Positions 49,627 to 60,323 of a stretch of DNA of 64,000 nucleotides are shown in pieces (position 1 is the stretch's first letter; each line of letters starts with the position of its first letter). The stretch is from Rhizodiscina lignyota (Eukaryota): NCBI GenBank assembly GCA_010015805.1, contig ML978132.1:744001-808000 (forward strand), in the 5' to 3' direction. A model generated the notes under the pieces. It had not been told where the DNA came from. It searched no databases and worked only from the letters and a program-made list of their open reading frames with translations. A program made the translations under genes and the position numbers.

Positions 49627-50385
49627 ATGTCTCTCCCCGACCCCTCCACGACGCAAAATGAAGGCTACGTCAGTGCCACCTGCTTTGACCTCCTCCTCAT
49701 CGAGCTTGTTCCTATGGCCTACCGCATCGCCGCCGACCTCGCCGCCAAAGAAGAAGTCTGGCTAGCCTCAAAACGCCGCAGTCTCAAACCCAACCGCCAG
49801 TCTCTCCAAAGCGGCGTCTCCCACACTGCAGCTGCAGGCTCGGCAACCACCTCCTCAGTCAAACATCCTGTCCCTGGCATCGACCCCGACGACCCCTCAC
49901 AAGCAAACCTCGGCGTAGGAGGCATCGGCGGCACCGCGCCTGGACTAGATGAAGAGGAGCTGCGCGAGACGGTCTTCTTTCGGCTCGACAGCATCGGATA
50001 CCGCGTTGGGCTCGCACTGGCCGAGCGCTTCAGCCGCGAGCGACCGCGCTTCACGGACCCGCTCGACGTGATCAAGTTCCTGTGCAAGGATCTGTGGGTT
50101 GTGGTGTTCCGCAAGCAGATTGACAATCTGAAGACGAACCATCGCGGGGTGTACGTGCTGACGGATAATAACTTTAAGCCGTTGAAGAATATGAGTCTGG
50201 AGAAGGCGGGCGCAGGGAGGAGTAGAGAGACAATGATGCAGCAGGCTCAACCATTTCTGTATTTTCCTGCTGGGGTCATTAGAGGGGTACTGAGTGCCCT
50301 GGGAATACAGGCGAGCGTAGTAGCAGAGACGTCGGAGCTTCCAGGAGCGACATTTCAGATACGGACAGTGGGATCGAAGCCTTGA
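49627..50385 (+). CDS. TRS33: TRAPP complex subunit Trs33 (TRAPPC6)
   Basis: Contains CFDLLLIELVPMA, RLDSIGYRVG, RFTDPLDVIKFLCKDLW, KQIDNLKTNHRGVYVLTDN and FPAGVIRGVLSALGI. Confidence 0.93.
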   Translation: MSLPDPSTTQNEGYVSATCFDLLLIELVPMAYRIAADLAAKEEVWLASKRRSLKPNRQSLQSGVSHTAAAGSATTSSVKHPVPGIDPDDPSQANLGVGGIGGTAPGLDEEELRETVFFRLDSIGYRVGLALAERFSRERPRFTDPLDVIKFLCKDLWVVVFRKQIDNLKTNHRGVYVLTDNNFKPLKNMSLEKAGAGRSRETMMQQAQPFLYFPAGVIRGVLSALGIQASVVAETSELPGATFQIRTVGSKP

Positions 50386-50936
50386 GCAAGGCAGAGAACA
50401 GCCAGGATACGCAGTGGAAATATAAGGCGAGTTTGTGAGATGCAATACGCGGCACAACTCTCCGAGACACTACAAAGGCGACAGGGACAGACGACATGAC
50501 CACCGGTCTGCAGATCGCCCTTCACATCGAGCACTACGGCGAGAGGGCAACGAGAAGACATCTGCCGAAGAACGAAATCCATTATGACGCATCGAATGAG
50601 TGAGTTAAGGCCACGAGACAGGAACGGTTGGTAGAAGAGGAGGCGTATGAGTGTATGATACCCCAATGAAGACATCTCGGACGAGATCAAATCAAATACG
50701 GATAAGCCATTACGCGCATCATCAGAAAGAACTATCCCGGGAGTACATTTGATCCCATTTCTTCATTGAATTGACGAATACCACTATCCACAAAGACTAT
50801 ACAATCCTCGTGCGATGTTCTTTATCCGAACAGTCACCGTGCACTGTGGAAGGCACAGGGGGAAAACCGGTCTCCCCTCGACTAAATACATACGCACACT
50901 GCTCAGCTTCCCGAATCTCGAACGTCTTGACACCTC

Positions 50937-51437
50937 TTACCGAACAACGCGCCACTTGTAATGCTGCCGGTAATGCTCCAAATCAAAGCTCCCCCCCTCC
51001 AGCTCTTTACTGTCGCTCTTCCCCGCCCACACAAAGACTCTGCAATCCTTCAGGACTTCCTCTCCACCGTGGACATCTCCTGTGACTCCCACCTCATTTC
51101 CATTCTCATTATCATCGAGCTTCACATCGCAGAAGCACCACGTATACGCCTTTGTCTCGTACTGCGCCAGTGTCTCAAAATGCGTTTCGTCGTCGATCCA
51201 GTACAACACCCCTTTGACCGTACCGCTGATGTGGCGAACCAAAGTCGGATAGACGGACCACATCTTCATCTTGAAATTCGGGATGCTGCCGGTGCGCATT
51301 GGTGGAGTTGAAGGGATACGCAGAATCGAGCGTAGGACGTCCGAGTCCATGAGAGAGCCGTAGAAGAACATGTAGCATGGTTTCCATGGCACCTTTGGCG
51401 CCTGAACTGGAGAAGGCACAGTTTTGTCTTTTGCCAT
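50937..51437 (-). CDS. Gamma-glutamylcyclotransferase / AIG2-like protein
   Basis: 166-aa ORF with MFFYGSLM, YPTLV, VKGVLY and LAQYETKAY. Confidence 0.85.
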   Translation of the reverse strand: MAKDKTVPSPVQAPKVPWKPCYMFFYGSLMDSDVLRSILRIPSTPPMRTGSIPNFKMKMWSVYPTLVRHISGTVKGVLYWIDDETHFETLAQYETKAYTWCFCDVKLDDNENGNEVGVTGDVHGGEEVLKDCRVFVWAGKSDSKELEGGSFDLEHYRQHYKWRVVR

Positions 51438-52181
51438 GAGGGCGATTGGTGATGGTAGAGATGCTGATGGATGTGGATGAGATGGAGAGGAGAGTGTCGT
51501 GGTGTCTCTACGTTTTCTTCTGAAGAAAGTGGGTTGCCATCACGTGTGCCAACGGTGGCGACCCCTTCTGATATCTATGCTATGTGGTGATGGAAAGAGG
51601 GCAAAGCGGCCTTGAAAACCGAAAAGTCAAACGTCGCTACTCCTGGAGAGTGGGTATGATTGATTGAGCGGAATCAAGTACTGTGCTCTCCGCGGGGGTA
51701 AGAAAGTCCAAGTGAAAGCTGAAAAACGCTACAAACGTACAAGCTTTCTATCTAACTCCAAAGATATCACGCTGAATCAATGAATTTCTCCTGCTTGGAT
51801 AATAGTGTGACTTGAATGTCGTTCAATAAGCAGTATGAAGCTGAGGAAAGTACAGATGAATTGAAGCGTAGAAGAGCCCACGAAGGCAGGCAGAAATGTT
51901 AAGGACACTGAAGAAAAACAACAGCTTTAAGGGCCAAGCACTGTACAGCGCCTATTCCGAAAGTACTGATGAGATGAGACAAGAGGTCAGATGAGATCAA
52001 TGAGGAAAGATGATGTCGCCGAGAACGGCGTGAGCGAACATCCACACATGACCACGAACCGTCAAACTCACCATGAGCATAAATATCTCCTCCAAAGCAA
52101 CTCTTCTCCTGCTCTCCGCTCCCCTCGTTCTACTTCAGTAGTAATTCCTCTACCACTTTCCCTTTCTCTCCTAATTCACAA

Positions 52182-53547
52182 ATGGATCCACTCCAAGATC
52201 CCCACACCGCACCCGCCACGCTCTTCGCCCGCGCCACCGAGACTGTGCAAATTGTGCGGAAAAACTTGCCGCCAGAGCTACAAAACCCCAAAGTCGCCAT
52301 AGTATGCGGATCCGGGCTAGGCGGGCTGGCAGACACGACCGAGGCGAGTCCGAGAGTGGAGATGTGGTATGAGGATGTTGCTGGGTTTCCGAGGAGTACT
52401 GGTATGTGTTTTCTGACCTTCTCACTTTCATTCTCCTTGGGTTCGTCAGTCGTTTGTAAAGAAGAGCACGGGGTTATGGGAAAAAGGATCCACCGAGATG
52501 CATTTGCTTATATGTAGCTACATCTAGTCGCTGGTCATGAAGGCAAACTTGTCTTTGGCGTCATCGGTCCATCGAAGACGCCTGTTGTGCTGCTTGTTGG
52601 ACGGGCACAGTGCGTCTCCTTTGACTATTGTGTATTCAAACACATCAAGCATGGTCTAACAGGTGATACCAAGCTTCTACGAAGGTCACACAATGGAGCT
52701 CGTCACTTACGCAACACGAGTTTGTAAATTACTTAGTGTGCAAATAATGATAGGTAATGCTATTCCTTTCCTCCGAAGAGACTGGAGGCTAATGAGGTGA
52801 TGCAGTCACAAACGCAGCAGGTGGTCTCAATCCTGACTACTCAGTTGGCGACATTGTCATGTTAAACGATGTATGATCTTTCCATTTGCTTGAACGTGTG
52901 GGCATTTCCATTGAAAACTCAGCTGACGAATAAAAATCAAGCACATAAACATCGCCGGTTTCGCCGGCTTCCATCCTCTACGTGGACCGAATGATGAATC
53001 ATTCGGCGTTCGCTTTCCTCCACTCTCTGATGCATACGACCTGGAACTCCGGCGAAGAGGGCATGCCGCGTGGCAGAAACTACGAGCTGCAGATGTAGGG
53101 ACGTCGAGTAAGCGGAGACTGCACGAGGGAATATACTCGTTCGTTGCTGGGCCAAGGTAAAGTACTTTCTTGTTGCTATTACGATCATTACTATCATTTG
53201 GATAAGCACACTAATGTTGCTCCTTCAGCTACGAGACCCGCGCAGAATGCCGTCTTCTTCGCCTCGTAGGCGCCGACCTCGTCGGTATGTCGACAGTGCC
53301 GGAAATTATCGTTGCGCGCCACTCTGGAATCAGAGTACTTGCACTAAGTCTAGTAACAAACAGCGCAGTCCTCGAAGCCGGGCCTCGTGGTGACGATCCG
53401 GCAATTGCGGGGATGAATGTTGCTGAGCTGGAGGAGTACTTGAGTCGCGGAAGAGCGAATCATGAAGAAGTGCTCGAAGCGGGTAGAGAGGCTGCGAAGG
53501 ATATGGTGGGCCTTGTGAGGCAGATTCTCGTTGATTTGGACGTGTGA
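52182..53547 (+). CDS. PNP1: Purine nucleoside phosphorylase
   Basis: Six exons (52182-52401, 52528-52609, 52674-52752, 52806-52870, 52942-53156, 53229-53547). Contains [57 protein letters not shown] and ANHEEV. Confidence 0.95.
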
Positions 53548-53736
53548 GCATTGGGATGTCTGGTTCAAGGTAACAATATGCTCCAGCTTCACTTCGTCCA
53601 ATGGCGCTCGCAGTCCTAATGCGCTCACACTCGGAGCGGAATGGGATCTGAGATTGTCGAAGATATGCCACCTTTGTTGTGGTAAACGTAGATAGGGAAC
53701 ACACTCGGCGATTGAGTGTCCGAGGCATCAAGTCGT

Positions 53737-54636
53737 TCAGCGCTTGAACTTCTTTGCCCTCTTCGCCATGAGAGCCTTGTAATGTGCCTTCTTGCCGCTC
53801 GTCTTCGCAACCTGGATCTCTCCATACTTCTTCTTGAACCTGCCGGTCTCGCGCTCGCCTGCCAAAATCTCGTCTGCGAAAGTCTCTCTCCGATCCCTCT
53901 TGTTCAACCTTGAGCTGTAGAAGTCGGTTGGCCCTTCTATAATCGTGCCGACTTGCGAGAACTCTGGTGCTCTGAATTTGCCGTTGTCTTTCTTGTAGTG
54001 ACGGTGCGGGTCAAGGACATTGCGCATTTTGATCAATTGCAGGTCGCGTTTCAATTCCGGCGTGAGGTCTGTCTTGGGGAGGTTGAACCATTCCGGCCCC
54101 GCAGTGGCTTTCTTCATCTTCACGTATGTCAGTGAATGTACATGTAGAGTTGATGAGAAAGGTTGGTATTGAACGTGGCGATTCAGAGTAACTATGAAAA
54201 TAAGACTCTCATGGGGTGCAGAGCGGCGCTCAAGACGAGACCGGGGTTCCGCGTCAAGAAGATGATTGGGATAAATTTTCCTCATGTAAAAGAAGAGAAG
54301 AGGATCGGATTGACGGAAAGAACGCACCTCTGCCCTTTTCTGCTTGACCACGACGGGGTCTTCCAGCTTCCTCGGGTGCTTGACAAACTCCTCCATCTTC
54401 GAATTTGGTAGCCTTTCCGGCTGCAATTGCGCAACCTTGCCATTGTGTTTAATGTAGGGCCTGGGAACATTGCTGGCATCGAGCCTGGGAAGAGAGATGC
54501 TGGCAGTCGTCTTTTGAGCAGCGCTCTCGCGGAGGCGCACTTCAGCCTCCTTCAGCAGCATCTGGATCTGCTCGTCGGACAAATCGTCGCTGCCATCGTC
54601 AGACATGGCATCAGAGTGGTGCGCTGGCAGCGCCAT
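53737..54636 (-). CDS. FCF2: Pre-rRNA-processing protein Fcf2 (229 aa spliced)
   Basis: Exons 54636-54328 and 54117-53737. Contains TAGPEWFNLPKTDLTPELKRDLQLIKMRNVLDPHRHYKK and FSQVGTIIEGPTDFYSSRL. Confidence 0.92.
   Translation of the reverse strand: MALPAHHSDAMSDDGSDDLSDEQIQMLLKEAEVRLRESAAQKTTASISLPRLDASNVPRPYIKHNGKVAQLQPERLPNSKMEEFVKHPRKLEDPVVVKQKRAEVRSFRQSDPLLFFYMRKIYPNHLLDAEPRSRLERRSAPHESLIFIVTLNRHVQYQPFSSTLHVHSLTYVKMKKATAGPEWFNLPKTDLTPELKRDLQLIKMRNVLDPHRHYKKDNGKFRAPEFSQVGTIIEGPTDFYSSRLNKRDRRETFADEILAGERETGRFKKKYGEIQVAKTSGKKAHYKALMAKRAKKFKR
54180..54290 (-). ncRNA. snR63: Intronic box C/D snoRNA, snR63/SNORD46(U46)-like, predicted to guide 2'-O-methylation of the 25S rRNA A equivalent to yeast Am2256
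   Basis: C-box variant ATGAGGA at 54285-54279 and D box CTGA at 54186-54183. The D box is preceded by TCATAGTTACT, complementary to the recalled LSU rRNA sequence AGUAACUAUGA. The D+5 rule selects the second A of GUAAC. Confidence 0.85.
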
Positions 54637-55732
54637 GGCTAGGGGATCATGTCGCGATGATGGTGTGTGGTGAAGCGGTGCAGCATCATTTTTTTCGCAG
54701 GCGAACGGAATTTGCCCGGTAGCCGCGGCCGCAAACGGCGTAGCGCGGGCAGTACGTGTTGCATCTCTGAGATGGACAACTCACGATCCAACACGCACCC
54801 GCCCAATCAAGCCGTGCTGACTGCTGCACCATGACACAGCTGGGGAGAGTGCTCGCCTTGCCCTGTGCCTCATTCTGCTGCAATGTAGAGAAAATTGCTG
54901 AGATGTGCCATGTGGCTGGAGTAGCTGCACTTGTATCTAGAAATATATCTGCACCGCTGCCGCTTCCCCTCTCTACACCACCATCACCTGCAGCGCGGCC
55001 GGATTCGATTGAAGAGATACATATTGAGCAGCGCGCCTGGCGATCAGACGGCTCACTTCTGCTCGTTCGTCACGCTCTGTGCCGCCGTTCTCCCTTGATC
55101 CTGGGCTCCTACATATTCCGTCGGAACCGCTGCACCGACTGTCCTCCCACTTGCCAGACCTCAATCCGCCATCACGCATTCGGCCAGCGGTGCGCAAGTT
55201 GCGGGAGCCAAAAAGGCTTCGTCTGACCATCTACAAAGCCGCCAGCAGCGCCCGAGTCGCGAGCAGAGCGCGTGTCGCAGTGTGATCGCGCGCAATTCGC
55301 TGGAGCTGGATCGCCGTGCAAAACAAGCCGATTCGCTCAGCACAGCAGCATTTTCGCCCCGCCAGCCTGGTCGGCGACGAGAAGCGCTCTGATTCGACTG
55401 GGACGTGAAATACATCAACAACCGCTCACACAAGGTAAACAACGTTGACTCTGGCAATTGCGCGAGCAGCAGGATTAACGCAATGCGCGCAGGCCGTCCG
55501 GGTGCCCCTCGCCTTAAGCGTCTTCCCCTCGCAGACCGCCTCTGACGCTCCAACCTCTTTCATCATCCTCCAGCGCGCGCTTCGTCCGCATCGCACAACA
55601 GCACCACAGATCCCACACTCTCCATCAACGGGGTCGCGCAATTCATTTGGCTGCTTCGCAAGCTTCGGATTTACGCGACGCATTTGGTGATCAATTTTCC
55701 ACCCGCGACACTCGAGGCCAGCCTCGTCGGTG

Positions 55733-56915
55733 ATGGATCCCACAGGCCTTGGAGGCGCTGGCCGCAAAATGGGCCAGCCGGCGCAACAACAGCCTCCCCA
55801 GCAAGGAGTTCCACGGCGATATGATGGCCAGAACGGCAATCCGCTGTACGATCCTTCGCAAGGCGGTCATTATGGTGAGTCTTCCGATGGGCGCGTGCTT
55901 CGTTGTGCGCCGTTGTGCGCAAAACCTCAATCATCGAAGTTTTACTAATTCGCCTTTCCATCAGGTGCGAGCGCAGGAGTACGTTGATCCAGCAGCCCTC
56001 TCTATTTGGTGGACAATGGCCAGAGCTCCGATACTGATGCATATTTGGTACTAGATCGCCGCCAAGGGATTCGCGCCAGCACCGGAAGTCTTCTCTGGAC
56101 AGTGGGCAAACGTATAGTAGCAAACAATTCCGTGTCGCGACTCGCACTGCTGACCTCAATAGGTGAATCAAGGCCTTACCGGCAACTATCGCGATATCCT
56201 CAACACGTACTGGCAGCAGCAGGTCACCAAGCTCGAGACCGACGACCACGACTACAAAATCCACCAGCTCCCTCTCGCACGCATAAAAAAGGTCATGAAG
56301 GCAGATCCAGAGGTCAAGATGATATCCGCCGAAGCTCCCATCCTCTTCGCCAAGGGCTGTGACATCTTCATCACTGAGCTTACCATGCGCGCATGGATAC
56401 ACGCTGAAGAGAATAAGCGCCGTACCCTCCAGCGCTCCGACATTGCGTCCGCGCTCAGCAAGTCCGATATGTTCGACTTCCTCATCGACATCGTGCCGCG
56501 TGAGGAAGCAGCTGGACACAAGCGTAGTGGACAAGGTGCAGCAGCACAGTCAGCAGCGGGAGCTAACGTGCCTCCAGGAGGAGTCGCGCAGCAGACTGGC
56601 ATCCACCCGCCACCACAGCACATGGCACCGCCGGACTACGGTATGGGCCAGCAGCACATGCAGGGCGAGGAGTACAGGCAACCCGGCATGTATCCGCAGG
56701 TGCAGGCCGATCCGTCGGCCTATCCGCAGCAGCCGCAGATGTTTGACCAGGGTAACATGTATGGCTATATGCCGCCTCAGCAGGTACGTTCTAGATACCA
56801 TCTTCCTCTGTCAATTAGATCTAATCTCTTGCAAGCAGTAATTGGAGAACGTCGCGAGTTGACACCTCATCCCGCCTAGCATGGCATTAGGTATGAGGAG
56901 GATTCGGGTGTTTAG
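55733..56915 (+). CDS. HAP5: CCAAT-binding complex subunit HapE/Hap5 (NF-YC); 3' end either 56841 or 56915
   Basis: Exons 55733-55874, 55965-55978, 56055-56111, 56163-56783 plus a short last exon. Histone-fold [62 protein letters not shown]. Confidence 0.95.
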
Positions 56916-57591
56916 ATTATGCTGTAGGTGAGAGAGGGCGCGAAGATTGATGGCGATGATAGTGTCATCACATCACTCAAACGAGCTTCAATGGTACTGC
57001 ATGCGTCTCCTATGCAGATGCGCAGTTCATTCCAGAAGAAATGGCTGTTTTGTTGGCGTTATGGAAATGTGTGGAGTTAATGGGCGTTAGATGCCAATGG
57101 GGACGCGGGAAGCTCGAAGGAACTGGGACTACACCATCATGTTGGCGCTGGGTTTTGGTATCAGGAGCTTGTCACTATAAGAGCGGCGGCAGAACAAGAA
57201 CCTTGTGGAAGAAATGTCCGTTCTTTGGTTCGAAAACGCCGACCGCTCTCCTCTTACTTCCTCCAAATACACTCGAAAGATGATCATGTGCTCATTATAA
57301 TCTTCACCACCGTCAACGTTTGCTACCCAAACAGGCACAGCGTTACGCTAAGAGGCGTCTATGAAAGTTAACACAGCAATGCCCGTGGCTGTCCAACGCA
57401 CGCCTCGTTCATTCACGGCCATTACGTCGCGGTACACCACAGCAACGAAAAAACACACCAAGGAACCAGCGCTAAGCACTCCCCAATTTCCACTCTACTG
57501 AAGCATATATACTCGCTCACCCACTTCAAATACACTCAACACACCACAAGCACTCGACCGCTAGTATTATCTTCCTTCATCTTAAGCTCTC

Positions 57592-58008
57592 GTGCCCACA
57601 CAAACACAAAAAGATGAGTCCGCATCGGAAGCCTAGTGCACTGAGCAGTCAGATACCTCTTACCATGGCAGCACAACACCGCAATCGGTGTTGGCGATGG
57701 AGTACGACTACGCGATGGAAGAGTACCACTGACGTCGGGAGGAAGATGAGCTTGCTGCTGCCGAAGAATACTGCCGAAGTCTTAGCCTGGATCTGGATGA
57801 GAATCCTCCCCAACTGCAAGAGCGTCAGGAGCAACAGAAGCATGATCGAGACGTTCTGTGGGGTGACATCGTCGAGACAACAGCCGAAGAGCGGGCGGCC
57901 CAGGAGTACTCTTATGAGATCGGCTTGAATCCAGTAGACAATCCTCCTACCCCGGAAGGCGAAGTAACGTCATTGGCGGCTCTGATTGCGACTACCCAAT
58001 GGTGTTGA
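57592..58008 (+). pseudogene. Candidate decayed small acidic-protein gene (two in-frame stops, no upstream ATG)
   Basis: One frame reads VPTQTQKDESASEA*CTEQSDT...MEEYH*RREEDELAAAEEYCRSLSLDLDENPPQ...AAQEYSYEIGLNPVDNPPTP...WC*. A TATA-like CATATATA lies near 57504. Confidence 0.35.
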
Positions 58009-58953
58009 GACAGGTGATGTTCGCCACTCACGTGACCGAAAGGAGATTCCTCATCGTACCATGGCGATGTATACGTATCTCTCGAGGCATAGAGGATAAG
58101 AAGAGAGTTACACGGGTACATATACATGAAATTTACCGAGTTGGCACAAGCGTTTTGAGCGGACTGGGTGAATCGTCAAATAAAAGCTTAACACGTACGT
58201 CGTAAAAGGCTTTACAGTATGTACAAGGCGTAACTAGTACAGCGTAAAGTTCTTCAATGGTACTGCTTTAATCATATACATTCCACAGGGTGTACAACTA
58301 AACCTGCAAAAAGACTCTGTGGACCGTTGGAGTGCAAGAGTTGTGAGCCATGAGGCGTTACAGCTTACCTGGCGGGGAACCATTGTCTCATCCTTGAGCC
58401 TGTGAAGAATGTTCTTAAAGCTCTGTAGTATATGGATGGACTTCAGAATCTGGCTCGTCAGAAAATAGCCGAATTCAGGTGCCATCTTTACACCTTTCAG
58501 TGATTATCTCTCCCCTCGAGCATGTGTAGTCCATCGAGGACCCGACGAATCCCGATCACTCACCTGCCCTACCCTGTGAGCACCTCCGAGACTCTCCAGT
58601 CGCCGACGTCACGTCTTGTGTCTCGTGAGACACATAAGTAATTGCTGCTACCCTTCCTCACATCCGAGTCACTTCACTGTATATATTTCAGTGTGTTAGT
58701 GCAGCTCCAGCCCGCGGAAGGCAGAGCTCCCTACCCCGCGCTTGCGCACATCGGCCCCACCAATCACCTGCAGTGCACGCTCGCACAGCTACAGAATACT
58801 TTTTTCTTTCATCACCGGCTCGCCGCCATTGCAAACTTCATTCAAACATCTCCAATCCACCGTTACTCTTTTCCGTACGCAAATCGTGCTAGAATTGCTT
58901 AAGCAACAAGCTGACCAGCCCCACAGAGCCACTCGAACCCCGCTCAATTCAAA

Positions 58954-60323
58954 ATGAAAGCTGGTGAGCTCTTCCGAGGGGCGGTGAAGCTTTTTGAAAC
59001 ACCGACGAAAGATTGTTGAGCTCGAGAAGACTCGGACTGACCGCTGTATAGTCGTTGCTGGAGCTTCTGGTGGCATTGGCCAGGTATGAACAACACTCAA
59101 TTGAACTTCACAGCTGTGGAAGCTGTGCACAGAGCTAATGCCGTACAGCCGCTCTCCCTCCTCCTCAAGGCTTCTCCTCTCATCGACGAGCTCGCGCTGT
59201 ATGATGTGGTCAACACTCCGGGTGTCGGCGCGGATCTGTCCCACATCTCTTCGCCTGCTGTAAGACACCTTCATGGCTATGAGAAAACACAATTAGAACA
59301 GGTGCTGAATTGGTGGCGCACAGAAAGTCACTGCCTTCCTTCCCAAGGAGGATGGCATGAAGCACGCATTCACTGGTGCTGATATCGTCGTCATCCCAGC
59401 GGGCATTCCTCGTACGTATGACCCTTTCCACGAGTTCAGAGGGCCCCCGTATGAGGCCTTTTTTGTTCTCCCAGAAATTGGGCCAGACCTACATTCTCAT
59501 GAGATTTACATCACAGGCAAGCCTGGCATGACTCGTGACGACCTTTTCAAGATTAACGCCGGCATCGTGCGTGATCTCGTCAAGGGCTGCGCCGAGAACT
59601 GCCCCAACGCGTACCTGCTCATCATCTCGAATCCCGTCAACAGCACCGTGCCCATCGCCGCCGAGGTACTCAAGGCCGCCAAGGTCTTCGATCCCAAGAA
59701 GCTGTTCGGCGTCACCACGCTCGATGTTGTTCGTGCCGAGACATTCGTCGCCGAGATCACCGGCCAGAAGAACCCCGCGGCCACCACTATCCCAGTCATC
59801 GGTGGACACTCCGGTGAGACGATCGTGCCGTTGTTCAGTCTGGCGAAGCCGAGCGTGAACATTCCCGCGGATAAGTTGGATGCTTTGACGAACCGTAAGT
59901 CTTGGGTCTTTGCGAGATAGTCTTTGATACTGAACGGATACTTATCATGTCGTAGGTGTCCAATTCGGTGGTGACGAGGTTGTCAAGGCCAAGGACGGCG
60001 CTGGTTCTGCTACCCTCTCCATGGCCTACGCTGGTTTCCGCTTCGCCGAGAACGTGATCAAGGCCGTCAAGGGCGAGTCTGGGATCGTTGCCCCCACCTA
60101 CGTCTACCTTCCAGGCGTTGACGGCGGTGATGAGATCCAGAAGGCCACTGGCTGCGACTTCTTCTCCGTCCCTGTCGAGCTTGGTCCCGGTGGTGCCAAG
60201 AAGGCGATCAACGTGCTCAAGGATGTGAACGACTACGAGAAGAAGCTCCTTGCAAAGTGCTACGAGGGATTGACTGGCAACATCTCCAAGGGTATCGAGT
60301 TCATCCAGAACCCTCCCAAGTAG
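58954..60323 (+). CDS. MDH: NAD-dependent malate dehydrogenase, non-mitochondrial (no presequence); alternative C-terminus ends at 60387
   Basis: Exons 58954-58963, 59052-59083, 59149-59259, 59324-59411, 59517-59894, 59956-60323. Contains [57 protein letters not shown] and [13 protein letters not shown] 5'UTR intron is likely at 58875-58926. Confidence 0.97.

Noticed and set aside
51533..51553. GTTGCCAT-CACGTG-TGCCAAC quasi-palindrome in the AIG2/PNP1 divergent promoter
   Set aside because: Imperfect arms and wrong spacing for an RFX X-box. A single E-box is uninformative.
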